Positions 8,403-17,875 of a stretch of 64,000 bases of DNA are shown one piece after another. This stretch comes from a virus. The DNA lies in IMG/VR virus record IMGVR_UViG_3300042691_028354, positions 1 through 64,000 of that record; one strand, given 5' to 3'. Numbering within the stretch: the stretch's first letter is position 1; every line of letters starts with the position of its first letter. The notes beneath the pieces are model-generated. The model was not told the DNA's origin, ran no database searches, and worked only from the letters and a program-made list of their open reading frames with translations. Both the position numbers and the translations under genes were made by a program.

Positions 8403-9127
8403 AGATCAAGGCCCATAGCGTTGCGTCCCATCTCGGTCGCCACCTTGATGGTGGTGTGTGAACCTGAGAACGGATCAAGCACCCAGTCGCCGGGTTCGGT
8501 GGCCAGTGGGATGCAGCGCCTTGGGAGTTCCTCTGGGAACGGTGCAGCATGGGCGGACTTGCGCACGGGAGCAAATGTCCACACGTTGCCTCGCTCGGTC
8601 AGTCGGTCGGCATGGAAGCGATGTGAGCGGTCCTTTGCGAGCATGAATAGGAACTCACTTGAGATGCCCGGACGACGGGCGTGCTTGAGGTCCTCTGGGC
8701 GAAGACGCTGCTTGTTCCATGTGATGCAGGATCTGTAGAGCCATCCCTCGGCAACAAAGATCTCGACAACTCGGTGGGGGATGTTGAGCCACTGCATCGG
8801 TGGGCGATCGGTGCGGCCTTGTCGGTAGCGCATCCGACCGTCCTTAGCCCCACCTCGGTTGTAGTCGCCACCAGCGCCCCCTGATCCGCTGGCGGTGTCG
8901 GACAGGTTGAGCCACAACAGACCGTCGGTTGCAAGCACTCGCCGCCACTCGGCAGCACAGGCGCGCATGGACTCAAGGTATTCCTCCACCGAGCCGGTCC
9001 CGATCTCGCTATCGCTGTCTCCGTATCGACGAAGTGCGAAGTACGGCGGTGAGGTGACAATGGTTTGGAACTGGCCATCCGGCACGTCGATCTGACGTGC
9101 GTCGCCGGCAACGATCTCACCGATCAC
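8363..9127 (-). CDS. Amino (N4-C/N6-A) DNA methyltransferase, beta class
   Basis: TSPPY catalytic motif N-terminal, HAAPFP, LDPFSGS SAM motif C-terminal; GTG 9127 overlaps the upstream stop. Confidence 0.9.
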   Translation of the reverse strand: MIGEIVAGDARQIDVPDGQFQTIVTSPPYFALRRYGDSDSEIGTGSVEEYLESMRACAAEWRRVLATDGLLWLNLSDTASGSGGAGGDYNRGGAKDGRMRYRQGRTDRPPMQWLNIPHRVVEIFVAEGWLYRSCITWNKQRLRPEDLKHARRPGISSEFLFMLAKDRSHRFHADRLTERGNVWTFAPVRKSAHAAPFPEELPRRCIPLATEPGDWVLDPFSGSHTTIKVATEMGRNAMGLDLYADSDSGDLSTA

Positions 9128-9318
9128 TTGATGCCTCGGAGCGCCCGATGAGCCTTGATCGCGGGCATCGCTTCGTCTTCCCACCATCGCATCAGTTCAC
9201 GCGTGGCCGTGGCGTCGGGGCCTGCACACAGGAGCGCCTCACATAGGCGATCGGCGTGTGCCATCTCCCGCTCAAGGTTCCCTACAAAGAAGGGCTCGGT
9301 GGGACCAGTCACGTGCAT
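9124..9318 (-). CDS. Small hypothetical protein (64 aa)
   Basis: GTGA coupling to the methyltransferase. Confidence 0.65.
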   Translation of the reverse strand: MHVTGPTEPFFVGNLEREMAHADRLCEALLCAGPDATATRELMRWWEDEAMPAIKAHRALRGIK

Positions 9319-9431
9319 TGCATACCTACTTCACTAGGGCAGATCAGGCTGACTGAGTGTAGAACATCATGTATAAGAATCAATAGCCTGAGGGTGGACG
9401 CGAGGCCGCTGATCTGATGTATGGTCGGCAT

Positions 9432-9746
9432 GTGTTTATGAATGATGTCGAAGGGGGATACCCCGAATACGTAATGCAGGGGGTCCGTCTGGTCAGGGCT
9501 TCAAGGGACCGGTGTCCAGTCTGCGCTCACCCAACGGGTGACTGTGCTGGCGAGACCAAAGTTCCTCGGGTCCTAGGCGCCGACTTTGCTCCTAAACGCG
9601 GGGGCGATCCCGACGTACTGGTCACTGAAGATCTCTATGAGTCAATCCAGTTGACGCCACGTACGGCGACACGAGTTCTTGTCGCTAAAGCCGGGACATA
9701 CATCAGTCATGAGAAGGCGCTTAGTTACGGCCTACTTGACGACTGA
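9432..9746 (+). CDS. Hypothetical protein with CPVCAHPTGDC motif
   Basis: ORF; TATGGT -10 element 6 nt before GTG 9432. Confidence 0.7.
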   Translation: MFMNDVEGGYPEYVMQGVRLVRASRDRCPVCAHPTGDCAGETKVPRVLGADFAPKRGGDPDVLVTEDLYESIQLTPRTATRVLVAKAGTYISHEKALSYGLLDD

Positions 9747-9829
9747 TTGCTCATCGTAGCCGTATAGGTCGGCACGTAGAGTCGTTACCCACCCAACTGT
9801 CATCCATCTATCAGCAAGGAAGGTCCATC

Positions 9830-11758
9830 GTGGTCAGTATTGATCCCGAGTTTGTAGCTCGCTACGCAGAAAAGAGCGCCCCATGGGGCTTTGGTGGTCT
9901 TGGGGAGGTCGTGTACCTACGCACCTATAGCCGCCGCGTAGAGGGGGAGGATCGCAACGAAACCTGGCCCGAGACCCTTGCTCGCGTAATCAACGGTGCG
10001 ATCGAGATCGGCACACCCTTCACTCAGGACGAGGCGGAGAGGTTGTTTGATCACATGTTCCACCTTCGTGGGTCGGTGAGTGGTCGCGCCTTGTGGCAAC
10101 TCGGTACACCTCTTGTGAGCGAGCTCAACGGAGCGAGTCTCAACAACTGCTTCTTCGTGAACATCGAGTCGATTGAAGACATCGAGTTTCTGTTTGACCA
10201 CCTCATGCTCGGGGGCGGCGTGGGCTTCTCTGTGGAGCGGTCAAAGATCCATGAGTTCCCAAAGGTGAAGGCTGGGGTGAAGATCACCCACGAGCGCACC
10301 AACGATGCCGATCTCATCGTGCCCGACAGCCGAGGTGGCTGGCGTCGCCTGCTCCATGCCGTACTGAAGTCCTACTTCTACACCGGCAAATCGTTCTCCT
10401 ACTCCACCCTTCTCATTCGTGAGTTCGGTGCGCCCCTCAAGACATTCGGCGGAACGGCCTCGGGTCCTGGTGCGTTGATCGACGGCATCGCCGACATCTG
10501 CAAGGTCTTTGAGAACCGTGAAGGCAAGAAGCTCCGTTCGGTCGACGTCCTGGACATCTGCAACATCGTTGGACGCATCGTTGTCTCCGGCTCGAGTCGA
10601 CGCTCTGCCCAGATCGCCATCGGCGACCCAGACGACGTGCTGTTCCTGCGAGCAAAGAACTGGGGGACTGGCAACATCCCCGGTTGGCGAGCGAACTCCA
10701 ACAACTCCATCTACGCCGATGCCTACGACGAGATCATGGGCGAGTTGTGGAAGGGCTACGACGGGTCCGGCGAGCCGTACGGTCTGCTCAATCGTCGGTT
10801 GGCCCGTTCGGTTGGTCGACTCGGAGAGAAGCGCCCTGATCCGTCCATCGAGGGATTCAACCCGTGCGCCGAGATCGGACTTGGCGATGGCGAGTCGTGC
10901 AACCTTGCAACGATCTTCCTGCCCAACATCGAATCACTTGACCAGTTCACCGAACTGAGTCGCTTGCTCTACAAGGTTCAGAAGACGATCACTGGTCTGT
11001 CGTACCCGTATGCGAAGACCAACAAGATCACCTCGAAGAACCGCCGCCTCGGGCAGTCAGTCACCGGCATTCTTCAGTGCAGCGAAGAGCAGTTGTCCTG
11101 GCTCTCACCGTCCTATGAGTACCTGCGCGACTTTGACATTGCGTATTCCGAGGAGAACGACATTCCTCGTTCAATCCGGCTCACCACGGTTCAGCCCTCA
11201 GGAACACTGTCACTGCTTCCCGGAGTGACCCCAGGCATCCACCCTGCCTTCGCCCAGTACTACATCCGTCGGGTTCGCTTTGGTGCTGCCGATCCACTCA
11301 TTGAGTCATGTCGTAAGCGTGGTTACCACGTGATCCCCGACATGGGTCTTGATGGCCGCGAGGATCACACCCGTTGGGTCGTGGAGTTCCCAGCGAAGTC
11401 CCCCGAGGGAGCCGTGCTTGCCGCAGACATGACGGCAGTGGAGCAGTTGGAATGGGTCAAGAAGATGCAGACCGAATGGGCAGACAACGCCGTGTCGGTC
11501 ACCGTCTACTACCGCCCCAACGAACTTGACGAGATCAAGGGCTGGCTCAAGGACAACTATGACCACTCGGTGAAGTCGGTTTCGTTCTTGCTTCACGCAG
11601 ACCACAACTTCCCACTCGCTCCCTACGAGGAGATTGATCAGGACACCTACGACAAGATGGTCGCCAAGATTGACCTGACCATCCCGCTTGTAGGGACGCT
11701 TGATGACAACCTGCTGGACGACCCGTCCTGCACCACTGGGGCCTGCCCGGTTCGATGA
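9830..11758 (+). CDS. nrdJ: Class II (adenosylcobalamin-dependent) ribonucleotide reductase
   Basis: YLRTYSR, NCFF, NPCAEI, QPSGT, C-terminal CTTGACPVR; no small subunit nearby. Confidence 0.93.
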   Translation: MVSIDPEFVARYAEKSAPWGFGGLGEVVYLRTYSRRVEGEDRNETWPETLARVINGAIEIGTPFTQDEAERLFDHMFHLRGSVSGRALWQLGTPLVSELNGASLNNCFFVNIESIEDIEFLFDHLMLGGGVGFSVERSKIHEFPKVKAGVKITHERTNDADLIVPDSRGGWRRLLHAVLKSYFYTGKSFSYSTLLIREFGAPLKTFGGTASGPGALIDGIADICKVFENREGKKLRSVDVLDICNIVGRIVVSGSSRRSAQIAIGDPDDVLFLRAKNWGTGNIPGWRANSNNSIYADAYDEIMGELWKGYDGSGEPYGLLNRRLARSVGRLGEKRPDPSIEGFNPCAEIGLGDGESCNLATIFLPNIESLDQFTELSRLLYKVQKTITGLSYPYAKTNKITSKNRRLGQSVTGILQCSEEQLSWLSPSYEYLRDFDIAYSEENDIPRSIRLTTVQPSGTLSLLPGVTPGIHPAFAQYYIRRVRFGAADPLIESCRKRGYHVIPDMGLDGREDHTRWVVEFPAKSPEGAVLAADMTAVEQLEWVKKMQTEWADNAVSVTVYYRPNELDEIKGWLKDNYDHSVKSVSFLLHADHNFPLAPYEEIDQDTYDKMVAKIDLTIPLVGTLDDNLLDDPSCTTGACPVR

Positions 11759-11763
11759 GATGT

Positions 11764-11790
11764 GGGCGGGGGCTTCGGCTCCCGCCCTTC
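11764..11790. terminator. Hairpin between convergent nrdJ and ART genes
   Basis: GGGCGGGGGC-TTCG-GCTCCCGCCC followed by TTCT. Confidence 0.75.
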
Positions 11791-12687
11791 TCACTTCCTA
11801 AATCGAGCAAGGGCGGTTCGATAAGCGGCGGCTTGTGCTGCTCGAATGACCTTGATGTCCTTGGCTCTAGTGACGAAGCGCTCAGCACCCTTAGGGGGCT
11901 TGGCACCCTTGCGGGTATCAGACTTGAACTCAAGGCTCTCAATGGTGGGCAGGACCTTGGTCTCGGCGTCGTCCTTCACGACGCGCCCGTTGTCGTCAAT
12001 CTCAAACCACTCGTCATTTTGGGCGATGAGACGGACGCGAGCGACGGGAGCGCCATCTTCGCCAGTCATCAGTTCCATAATCTCGTAGGAGGATGGGGGG
12101 AGTAGGAGTTCCGTCTCGCCCTTCACTTTGCTGAACCTATCCCCGAGGTATGCACCCTTTGCACCGGCTGGAACGTCAATCTCAAGACGGGCCAAGCCGG
12201 GCCAGTAATAGCCGCCTGTAAGTGATGTTGATTGGAACCCGAGGTCATTCAGGACATCACCCTCTTCGAGGTTGTCCAAGACGTATGGGTCGATGTATCG
12301 GATGGTCTTCAACGGCTCGGGGATCTCGCTCGCATCAAGAGCCGCTTGGATCTTCTCCACGGGCTCCAGCTTCGGGCCGTTGCGATTCAGGCGCATGGAC
12401 TTGTTGATCATCTCGTAGTCCATGTTTGTGTAGTTCTTCAAGGCATAGAGCTGTTCAGGCTCAAGGCCCTCGCGCCACAACTCCCACTTTTTCCCGTACT
12501 CTTCAGCGGCGTCGTTGTCAGTAAACCGTTTATAGAGATCGTTGGCGGCGTCGACTATCTGTGCCACCGGCACCGGAGTGACGTCACGTCCGCCGCGAGT
12601 CGCGGTGTAGAGGCCGTCCCCGTCTCCATCGCGCTCATCCGACTTCGCCTCAACGACGAAATGCACTCCGAAGAACCGCTCAATCAC
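11791..12687 (-). CDS. ADP-ribosyltransferase, VIP2/C3/Alt-like R-S-E clade
   Basis: ALKNYT...YEMINKSMR, TIRY, GFQSTS, GAKGAY, ETELLLP; N-terminal DGDGDG motif. Confidence 0.85.
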   Translation of the reverse strand: MIERFFGVHFVVEAKSDERDGDGDGLYTATRGGRDVTPVPVAQIVDAANDLYKRFTDNDAAEEYGKKWELWREGLEPEQLYALKNYTNMDYEMINKSMRLNRNGPKLEPVEKIQAALDASEIPEPLKTIRYIDPYVLDNLEEGDVLNDLGFQSTSLTGGYYWPGLARLEIDVPAGAKGAYLGDRFSKVKGETELLLPPSSYEIMELMTGEDGAPVARVRLIAQNDEWFEIDDNGRVVKDDAETKVLPTIESLEFKSDTRKGAKPPKGAERFVTRAKDIKVIRAAQAAAYRTALARFRK

Positions 12688-12757
12688 CCCATCATGCTAC
12701 TTCATGCGCTGACATGAAGACCTGAATCAATGTAGCCTGACAACGTAGACTGTGGTC

Positions 12758-13126
12758 GTGCGCCTTCATGATCTCGCAGCGACTGGAGCACCGAGAGTTC
12801 TCTACGAGGCACTCATGGTCCTCCACCAACGAGGGTGGACGCAGGGCATCACTCGCAACCCCGCTACCGGTGAGGTCGATCTCTTGGGTGCTGTGGCTAT
12901 TGCTGCCGGCGCACCCATCGGGGCAGTGACCGAGCAGCCGGACCTGCTTCAAAGTGTTGTTCCACAGGCCATGCGCCCAGCAGCGTACGTGGCGTGGGAG
13001 GCCCTTGAGTGGTCGGTGGGTGATGATCCACTGTTGTGGCAAGACCAAACGGGACGCACTTTCAAGGAGGTCGCCTCAGCCCTTGTGCGAGCCGCTAACC
13101 GCCTCGAGATCGCTATTCGCCCTTAG
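12758..13126 (+). CDS. Hypothetical protein resembling the DUF6197 family
   Basis: RGWTQG...DLLGA...WQDQTGRT.KEV pattern; leaderless TAGACT. Confidence 0.65.
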   Translation: MRLHDLAATGAPRVLYEALMVLHQRGWTQGITRNPATGEVDLLGAVAIAAGAPIGAVTEQPDLLQSVVPQAMRPAAYVAWEALEWSVGDDPLLWQDQTGRTFKEVASALVRAANRLEIAIRP

Positions 13127-13275
13127 TCCCCACTTGGCCGCAAGCGGCCCCTACAGGCCTTGCGTGAGGCGTCCTTCTTCTTGTCCTTGGCCGTCCAAAC
13201 CTTTGGCATCTCCGCCGGTAGCCAGCGGCCCGGTGCTGATTTCGGGATGGGCTTTCGTTTGGGCTTCTTTGCCAT
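13123..13275 (-). CDS. Small Lys/Arg-rich protein (50 aa, MAKKPKRKPIPK...)
   Basis: Hand translation; AAGGA RBS. Confidence 0.5.
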   Translation of the reverse strand: MAKKPKRKPIPKSAPGRWLPAEMPKVWTAKDKKKDASRKACRGRLRPSGD

Positions 13276-13291
13276 TGGAGGTCCTTACGCG

Positions 13292-13321
13292 AAAAGGCCC
13301 CCCGGTTTCCCGAGGGGCCTT
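13292..13321 (-). terminator. Intrinsic terminator after the major capsid gene
   Basis: Minus strand AAGGCCCCTCGGGAAACCGGGGGGCCTTTT. Confidence 0.85.
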
Positions 13322-13340
13322 GTCACTTACTTCTGTTGAA

Positions 13341-14672
13341 TCAGTCAGGCTGTGCGTCGAAGTCCACGGCCACAAACGACTCGGGGCGCTTGACCGCAAG
13401 AGCAAGACGCTCTTCGGCCAGGACCACGATGGCGTTGCGGACGAAGAAGTCTGCGTGCTGTTCCGAGATACGGATCGAAGCCTGCTCACGGTCGTACAAC
13501 TGAGCACCGGTTCCGAAAGCACCAACGAGGGCGGTGCCTTCGTCGATGGCCGGGGTGTCAACAACCGGCATGCGCCAGATGCGGGGTTCCCCACCGAGTG
13601 CGACGGAGACGGCGACAAGGTACTGACCGTTGGTGTCCTTGGTCAGTTCGATGTCTTCCCAGTCGTTCGGGTGGAGGACAACACCGGTTGGCTCGTAGTA
13701 CGCCAGGAAGGCGAGGGTGGCCGCACGACGAATGGCATCAGCCTTGGTGTCAGCAACTGGCAACGTGTTGCCATCTGACCAGGCGTAGCTCTGAACGCCA
13801 GAGGTGTTCAGGATGCCAAGGAGGTTCTCACCGGTGCCGTCACCGTTGAGGATCTGCTGATCCTCTTGGAGACGAAGGCCGTAGAGAAGTTCGTTGTCGA
13901 TGATCGACCGAAGCTGCGGTTCGTCCGAAAGGACGTTGCGGTGCGCTGCTTCCCAATGGGCAAGCGTGCGAACCGGAGCCTGATGACCTTCAAACACCAT
14001 CGACGACTGCGGCTTGAGGCCGAAGGCGCCGCCCGAACGCTCTGCAACAGTTGAAGCGTTGTTGTTTGCGGTCGTGCCGGGGACGGTGAAGCCGATCATG
14101 CGGAAGTACTCGATGACCGCAGCCGTTGTGGTGCGGGTCGGGAACAGGTCGCGAACACGACGGGTGCGCATCGGCGAGGTGACGATGGCATCGCGTTCAA
14201 TGGTGCCGAACGAGCCGGGGGTGCCGGTCGGGAGCGCCGAGAAGACGTCCTTCTGGCCGTAGCGGCCCGAGGTGAGGTCAGCGCGGTTCACGACGAACGG
14301 CGACGGCATGTTTGCACCGTTGCGTCCACCCTGAAGGCTCTTGAACTCTTCGGAATCGAGGAAAAGCTGGCCGAGGCTCTTCGCACCCATGGAGCGAGCG
14401 AACTCGTGGCCGGCGTCAACCATCGCAGCAACGGACTCGTCAAGAGTCTCGGTGCCCCATTCGGAAACGGACTTCATGGATTCGAGGCCGTCAATGAGGC
14501 TACGAAGTTCCTTGATGTCTCGCATGTTGGAGTCAAACGCAGCCTTTTGGTCTGTGCTGACGTGAACGGTGCCGTCCTCAATCTGGAAGGCATCGGCGAT
14601 GGCCTTGTTGTCGGCCATCTTCTGGTTGAGAGCTCCTTGAAGCTCTCGGAGACGACTTTCGTCGAATGACAT
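13341..14672 (-). CDS. Major capsid protein, HK97 fold with N-terminal delta domain
   Basis: EDQQILNGDGTGENLLGIL, VLHPNDWEDIELTKD.NGQY, AEERLALAVKRPESF; AAGGAG RBS before ATG 14672. Confidence 0.95.
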   Translation of the reverse strand: MSFDESRLRELQGALNQKMADNKAIADAFQIEDGTVHVSTDQKAAFDSNMRDIKELRSLIDGLESMKSVSEWGTETLDESVAAMVDAGHEFARSMGAKSLGQLFLDSEEFKSLQGGRNGANMPSPFVVNRADLTSGRYGQKDVFSALPTGTPGSFGTIERDAIVTSPMRTRRVRDLFPTRTTTAAVIEYFRMIGFTVPGTTANNNASTVAERSGGAFGLKPQSSMVFEGHQAPVRTLAHWEAAHRNVLSDEPQLRSIIDNELLYGLRLQEDQQILNGDGTGENLLGILNTSGVQSYAWSDGNTLPVADTKADAIRRAATLAFLAYYEPTGVVLHPNDWEDIELTKDTNGQYLVAVSVALGGEPRIWRMPVVDTPAIDEGTALVGAFGTGAQLYDREQASIRISEQHADFFVRNAIVVLAEERLALAVKRPESFVAVDFDAQPD

Positions 14673-14857
14673 TTCACACTCCTTCAGTGTGTTGCTGGAA
14701 TGAACCATGACGGTTTGACCCATCGGGCTCAGGTAAGCACCCAGCCACTCGGCGTCACTAAAAGAGTATAAAAGACCATAACCCTCCATCACGGGAAGAG
14801 GGGTCAGGATCTACTTGTGGTGATAGCACCTGACCCAAATAGGTCTAGTGATGAAAC

Positions 14858-17062
14858 TCAGGCGACGGCCGTTTGACCCTCGGGTCTATCGTCCACCTCT
14901 GTCGGCACAGGAGCCTCGGGGAACGGGAAGGGGAGATCGCGAAGACGCAGTCGTGTCGACTTCTTGGGCTTGCGTCCACGTGAGATGCTCAGGTGACTGA
15001 TGGAGCGAGAGCTCCGAGAGAAGTCGGTGCCGTCCTGAACCATGCCGTCAAAGTCGCCGTCTCGGGCAAAGAAGTCGTACCGCTTCACAGCGACCGTCTT
15101 TGCCTTCCATGGGTGACCATCGGGCAATAGGTCATTGTCGCCCACATACCGAGCGTTGTCGGGCTTGCCCTTGGAAAGGATCTCAAGGAAGGCGTTGACC
15201 CGACCCATCGCCCACTGGCCTCGAGCCATGCCCGGTCGATGAGAGCCGGAGAATGCCCCAGCCCCTCGGCGATAAACCGATTTGAGGGTGCGGAGGTTCG
15301 TGCGCTGAGACTCGTCACTGACCTTCTCGTTGTGGGCACGCACCTTCTCGGTCAAAGACGCTTCGGTCGCTTCGCTGATCTCAATCTCAGAGCCACTGCT
15401 TCGGGAGGCGGCGGAGCCAATGGCGTTGCGACGGGAACCTCTGATCTGATCAGAGCGAGGCGCTGGGGTTGCGGCAAGACGGTCCGATCTTGCCTTTCGG
15501 GCTTTGGCGGCCGGGGCGGAGACAAGACCCCCACCAGGCAGTGTGTCAATGCCGGTCACTCCGTATTCGTTCAGTTGCTCCCACACTTCGCGAGCCGCAA
15601 CACGACGGACCCGCTTTCGGGTCCGCTTGGGTCGAGGCATCATCTTGATCGCCTCAAGCAGCGTCTTGGCGCCCATGGTCTCGGGGTCGGGGGGGAGTCG
15701 ATCAGGAAGATCGTCAGCAAGGCGGATCTCGCCACCGTCCTTCAAGATTGAGCGATAGTCGGCCAGCAATGCTTCGTCCACTGGACTGGAAGGCTTGGCC
15801 GCTCCGGTCCCGAGTGCGATCAATCGAGCAGTGAGCTCGTCAGTTGATGCGAACGCTCCTGGGATGAGTTCCTCAAGGGTGGCGTCAGTCTTGGCGGACT
15901 TCTTCTTGGACGCACTGAAGCCCGGGAGGCTTTCTGCGGCGTTGAGTTTGGCCATGGCGAGTTCTCCAGGGGTCATGGGGGGCTTGGTCATCCCGGGGAT
16001 CTTTGAACCGTCCCAGTTGCTTGCCCCACTGGTGGGCGCTGGACTCATGTTCTCGGGCTTCGGTTTGGGTTTGAGGACATCGGCTTTGCGCGTGAAGCGC
16101 TTCCATGCCTTGACGTCGTAGACCCGAAGGGACTTGCCCATCTCTTTGGAGGCAATGAGTTTGGGTGACTTGGTCAGGTCATCGCTGTCGTAGAGGTAGA
16201 ACTCGTCAAACAGGTCGTTCTTCAGCGCCCTCGGGATGATGTCGCTGACCGTGGCGTGGACGTGGAGTAGTTGACTCGTCGGCACCTTCCGGCCGGTCTT
16301 GGCGAACCGTTCCTCGTTGAGTTTGCGAGCCGTCTCAATCTCATTGGTCATGTAGTGAGCGACGATGCGGTGGCCTTCACTGCGGAGGAACTTCACCCTG
16401 TCTTCAAGGGTGGAATAGCGGCCGTCGCCAGTTGTGTCGTAGATGACGTCGGACTGTTCCTTGAGTAGGGCGTCAGTCACCCTGTCGTTGAGGTGCTTGG
16501 ACTCCTCATGGACAAGACTCGCTGCGTCCTTGATGCCTTCGTTGCGCCACTTCCCGTACTCGGGAATCGTGTCCTTGAGTTCGTCCGTGTCGACCTTGAT
16601 GGCCTTGGTCAGTGCGCCTGAGTTCTTCAATACGCCGGCGTCAAGGGCCGAGGACTTACGAGTGGCCGGGCCACCACCGAGAACGAAGACGGTGGGATTG
16701 TCTGACTTGGGCGTGGCCTCCGCCTTGGCGAGGTACTTCTCAACCACGGAGTCGTGGAACTTCTTACGAAGCGGATTCCACCGACCGGTCTGGTCTGTCA
16801 GGGCGTACTTGGTGTTGGTTGGCCGCTCGAGTACGCCGGTAAAGGGCTTGCGCTTCTTGGACGCCTTGAGTTTGGCCCGCTTCAACTTCTTAGGCGGTGC
16901 TGGGGCCTCAAAGGGTGTGTTGTCGTTGATGCGGCCATCGTTGTCGCCGTCAAAGGATGCGCTCACCATCGAGGAGATGGACCGGACGCTGCCGATCGTG
17001 CCGGGTTTGTTGCGCTTGCCAAACCCGAACAGCGTCTTCTCCTGCACCTGGCCCTCGGCCAT
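14858..17062 (-). CDS. Multidomain head-operon protein: zeta-toxin/PezT-like P-loop kinase plus C-terminal 'VYRRGAGAF...HRPG...WAMGRVNAF' domain
   Basis: VFVLGGGPATRKS, DTDELK, VIYDTTG, ERFAKTGRKVP, FDEFYLYD; two DxDxDG motifs. Confidence 0.75.
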   Translation of the reverse strand: MAEGQVQEKTLFGFGKRNKPGTIGSVRSISSMVSASFDGDNDGRINDNTPFEAPAPPKKLKRAKLKASKKRKPFTGVLERPTNTKYALTDQTGRWNPLRKKFHDSVVEKYLAKAEATPKSDNPTVFVLGGGPATRKSSALDAGVLKNSGALTKAIKVDTDELKDTIPEYGKWRNEGIKDAASLVHEESKHLNDRVTDALLKEQSDVIYDTTGDGRYSTLEDRVKFLRSEGHRIVAHYMTNEIETARKLNEERFAKTGRKVPTSQLLHVHATVSDIIPRALKNDLFDEFYLYDSDDLTKSPKLIASKEMGKSLRVYDVKAWKRFTRKADVLKPKPKPENMSPAPTSGASNWDGSKIPGMTKPPMTPGELAMAKLNAAESLPGFSASKKKSAKTDATLEELIPGAFASTDELTARLIALGTGAAKPSSPVDEALLADYRSILKDGGEIRLADDLPDRLPPDPETMGAKTLLEAIKMMPRPKRTRKRVRRVAAREVWEQLNEYGVTGIDTLPGGGLVSAPAAKARKARSDRLAATPAPRSDQIRGSRRNAIGSAASRSSGSEIEISEATEASLTEKVRAHNEKVSDESQRTNLRTLKSVYRRGAGAFSGSHRPGMARGQWAMGRVNAFLEILSKGKPDNARYVGDNDLLPDGHPWKAKTVAVKRYDFFARDGDFDGMVQDGTDFSRSSRSISHLSISRGRKPKKSTRLRLRDLPFPFPEAPVPTEVDDRPEGQTAVA

Positions 17063-17064
17063 GG

Positions 17065-17406
17065 TCAGATGACCTTCTTGGCGCGCGCCTCGAGCAGGTC
17101 GGCCATGATCTTGTCGGCACGTTCTTTGCCCTTGCCCGAGTAGGGAAACACCTCGGAAGCCGAGCCCGTGCCGGTGCCGCCGGCTCGCCCCTCTGCACGC
17201 TCGATCATCTCTTCGATCTCTGCGACGTACTCATCGTCGGAGTAGGCCTTGAACGTGGCCACGATGGAATCGGCCTGACTGGCAGCCATCGTTCGGGGGT
17301 CGCCGGCGGCGGCAAGGCCCTTATCCGTGGCGATGATGATGAGGCGCGGGTCATCATCTTGGATGCCCTTGTTCCACTTGGTATACAGGATTACGGTTGA
17401 CTTCAT
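17065..17406 (-). CDS. Hypothetical protein (candidate antitoxin/immunity)
   Basis: Small ORF coupled between two toxin-domain genes. Confidence 0.65.
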   Translation of the reverse strand: MKSTVILYTKWNKGIQDDDPRLIIIATDKGLAAAGDPRTMAASQADSIVATFKAYSDDEYVAEIEEMIERAEGRAGGTGTGSASEVFPYSGKGKERADKIMADLLEARAKKVI

Positions 17407-17873
17407 TCGTCGTCCTCAAGTCCCCTCAGCAACTTGCTCACGATTTCTTTGACGGTGGCCGTTGGGGGGAGTCCGATAAGTGGTCCATCGCCGTTTTGAA
17501 TCGAACGCACCGTGATCTTCTCGTTGTCGGTGCTGGTCCAGGTCACGCCCGATCCATCCTCCAAAGCCATGACGCGGCCCTTCACTAGGCTGAAGTGTGG
17601 ACGGTCGTCGCCAAACACCATGGTTGGAAGCCCACCAGAAACGGCATTGCCAACCATGAGCATCGCCTGAATGATCGGCTTACCGGCCAAAGCTTCCAAG
17701 CCCTCAACAACAAACGGCCCCCATGCCACATAACCACCTGAGTAGCCAAACTCCACCTGCATTCTCAGTTCGGCGTCCGGCCATGGAGTCGGTGTGGCAT
17801 TCAATGTCGCGTAGTCGGACAGTTTGGCCTTTGACCATTCGGGGAGTTCGTCGTCAATCATCTTCACGGCCAA
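17403..17873 (-). CDS. Hypothetical protein (candidate immunity protein)
   Basis: Starts 2 nt after the stop of the 2154-aa gene. Confidence 0.65.
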   Translation of the reverse strand: MAVKMIDDELPEWSKAKLSDYATLNATPTPWPDAELRMQVEFGYSGGYVAWGPFVVEGLEALAGKPIIQAMLMVGNAVSGGLPTMVFGDDRPHFSLVKGRVMALEDGSGVTWTSTDNEKITVRSIQNGDGPLIGLPPTATVKEIVSKLLRGLEDDE

Positions 17874-17875
17874 TC

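Noticed and set aside
9830-11758. Intein or intron in nrdJ (terL also checked)
   Set aside because: Both ORFs have normal length and no splicing motifs were seen
14673-14792. Longer N-terminal starts given by the ORF track (also 6734, 9187, 25895, 32508, 38364, 43787)
   Set aside because: Downstream starts have better RBS, leaderless or coupling signals and avoid overlaps
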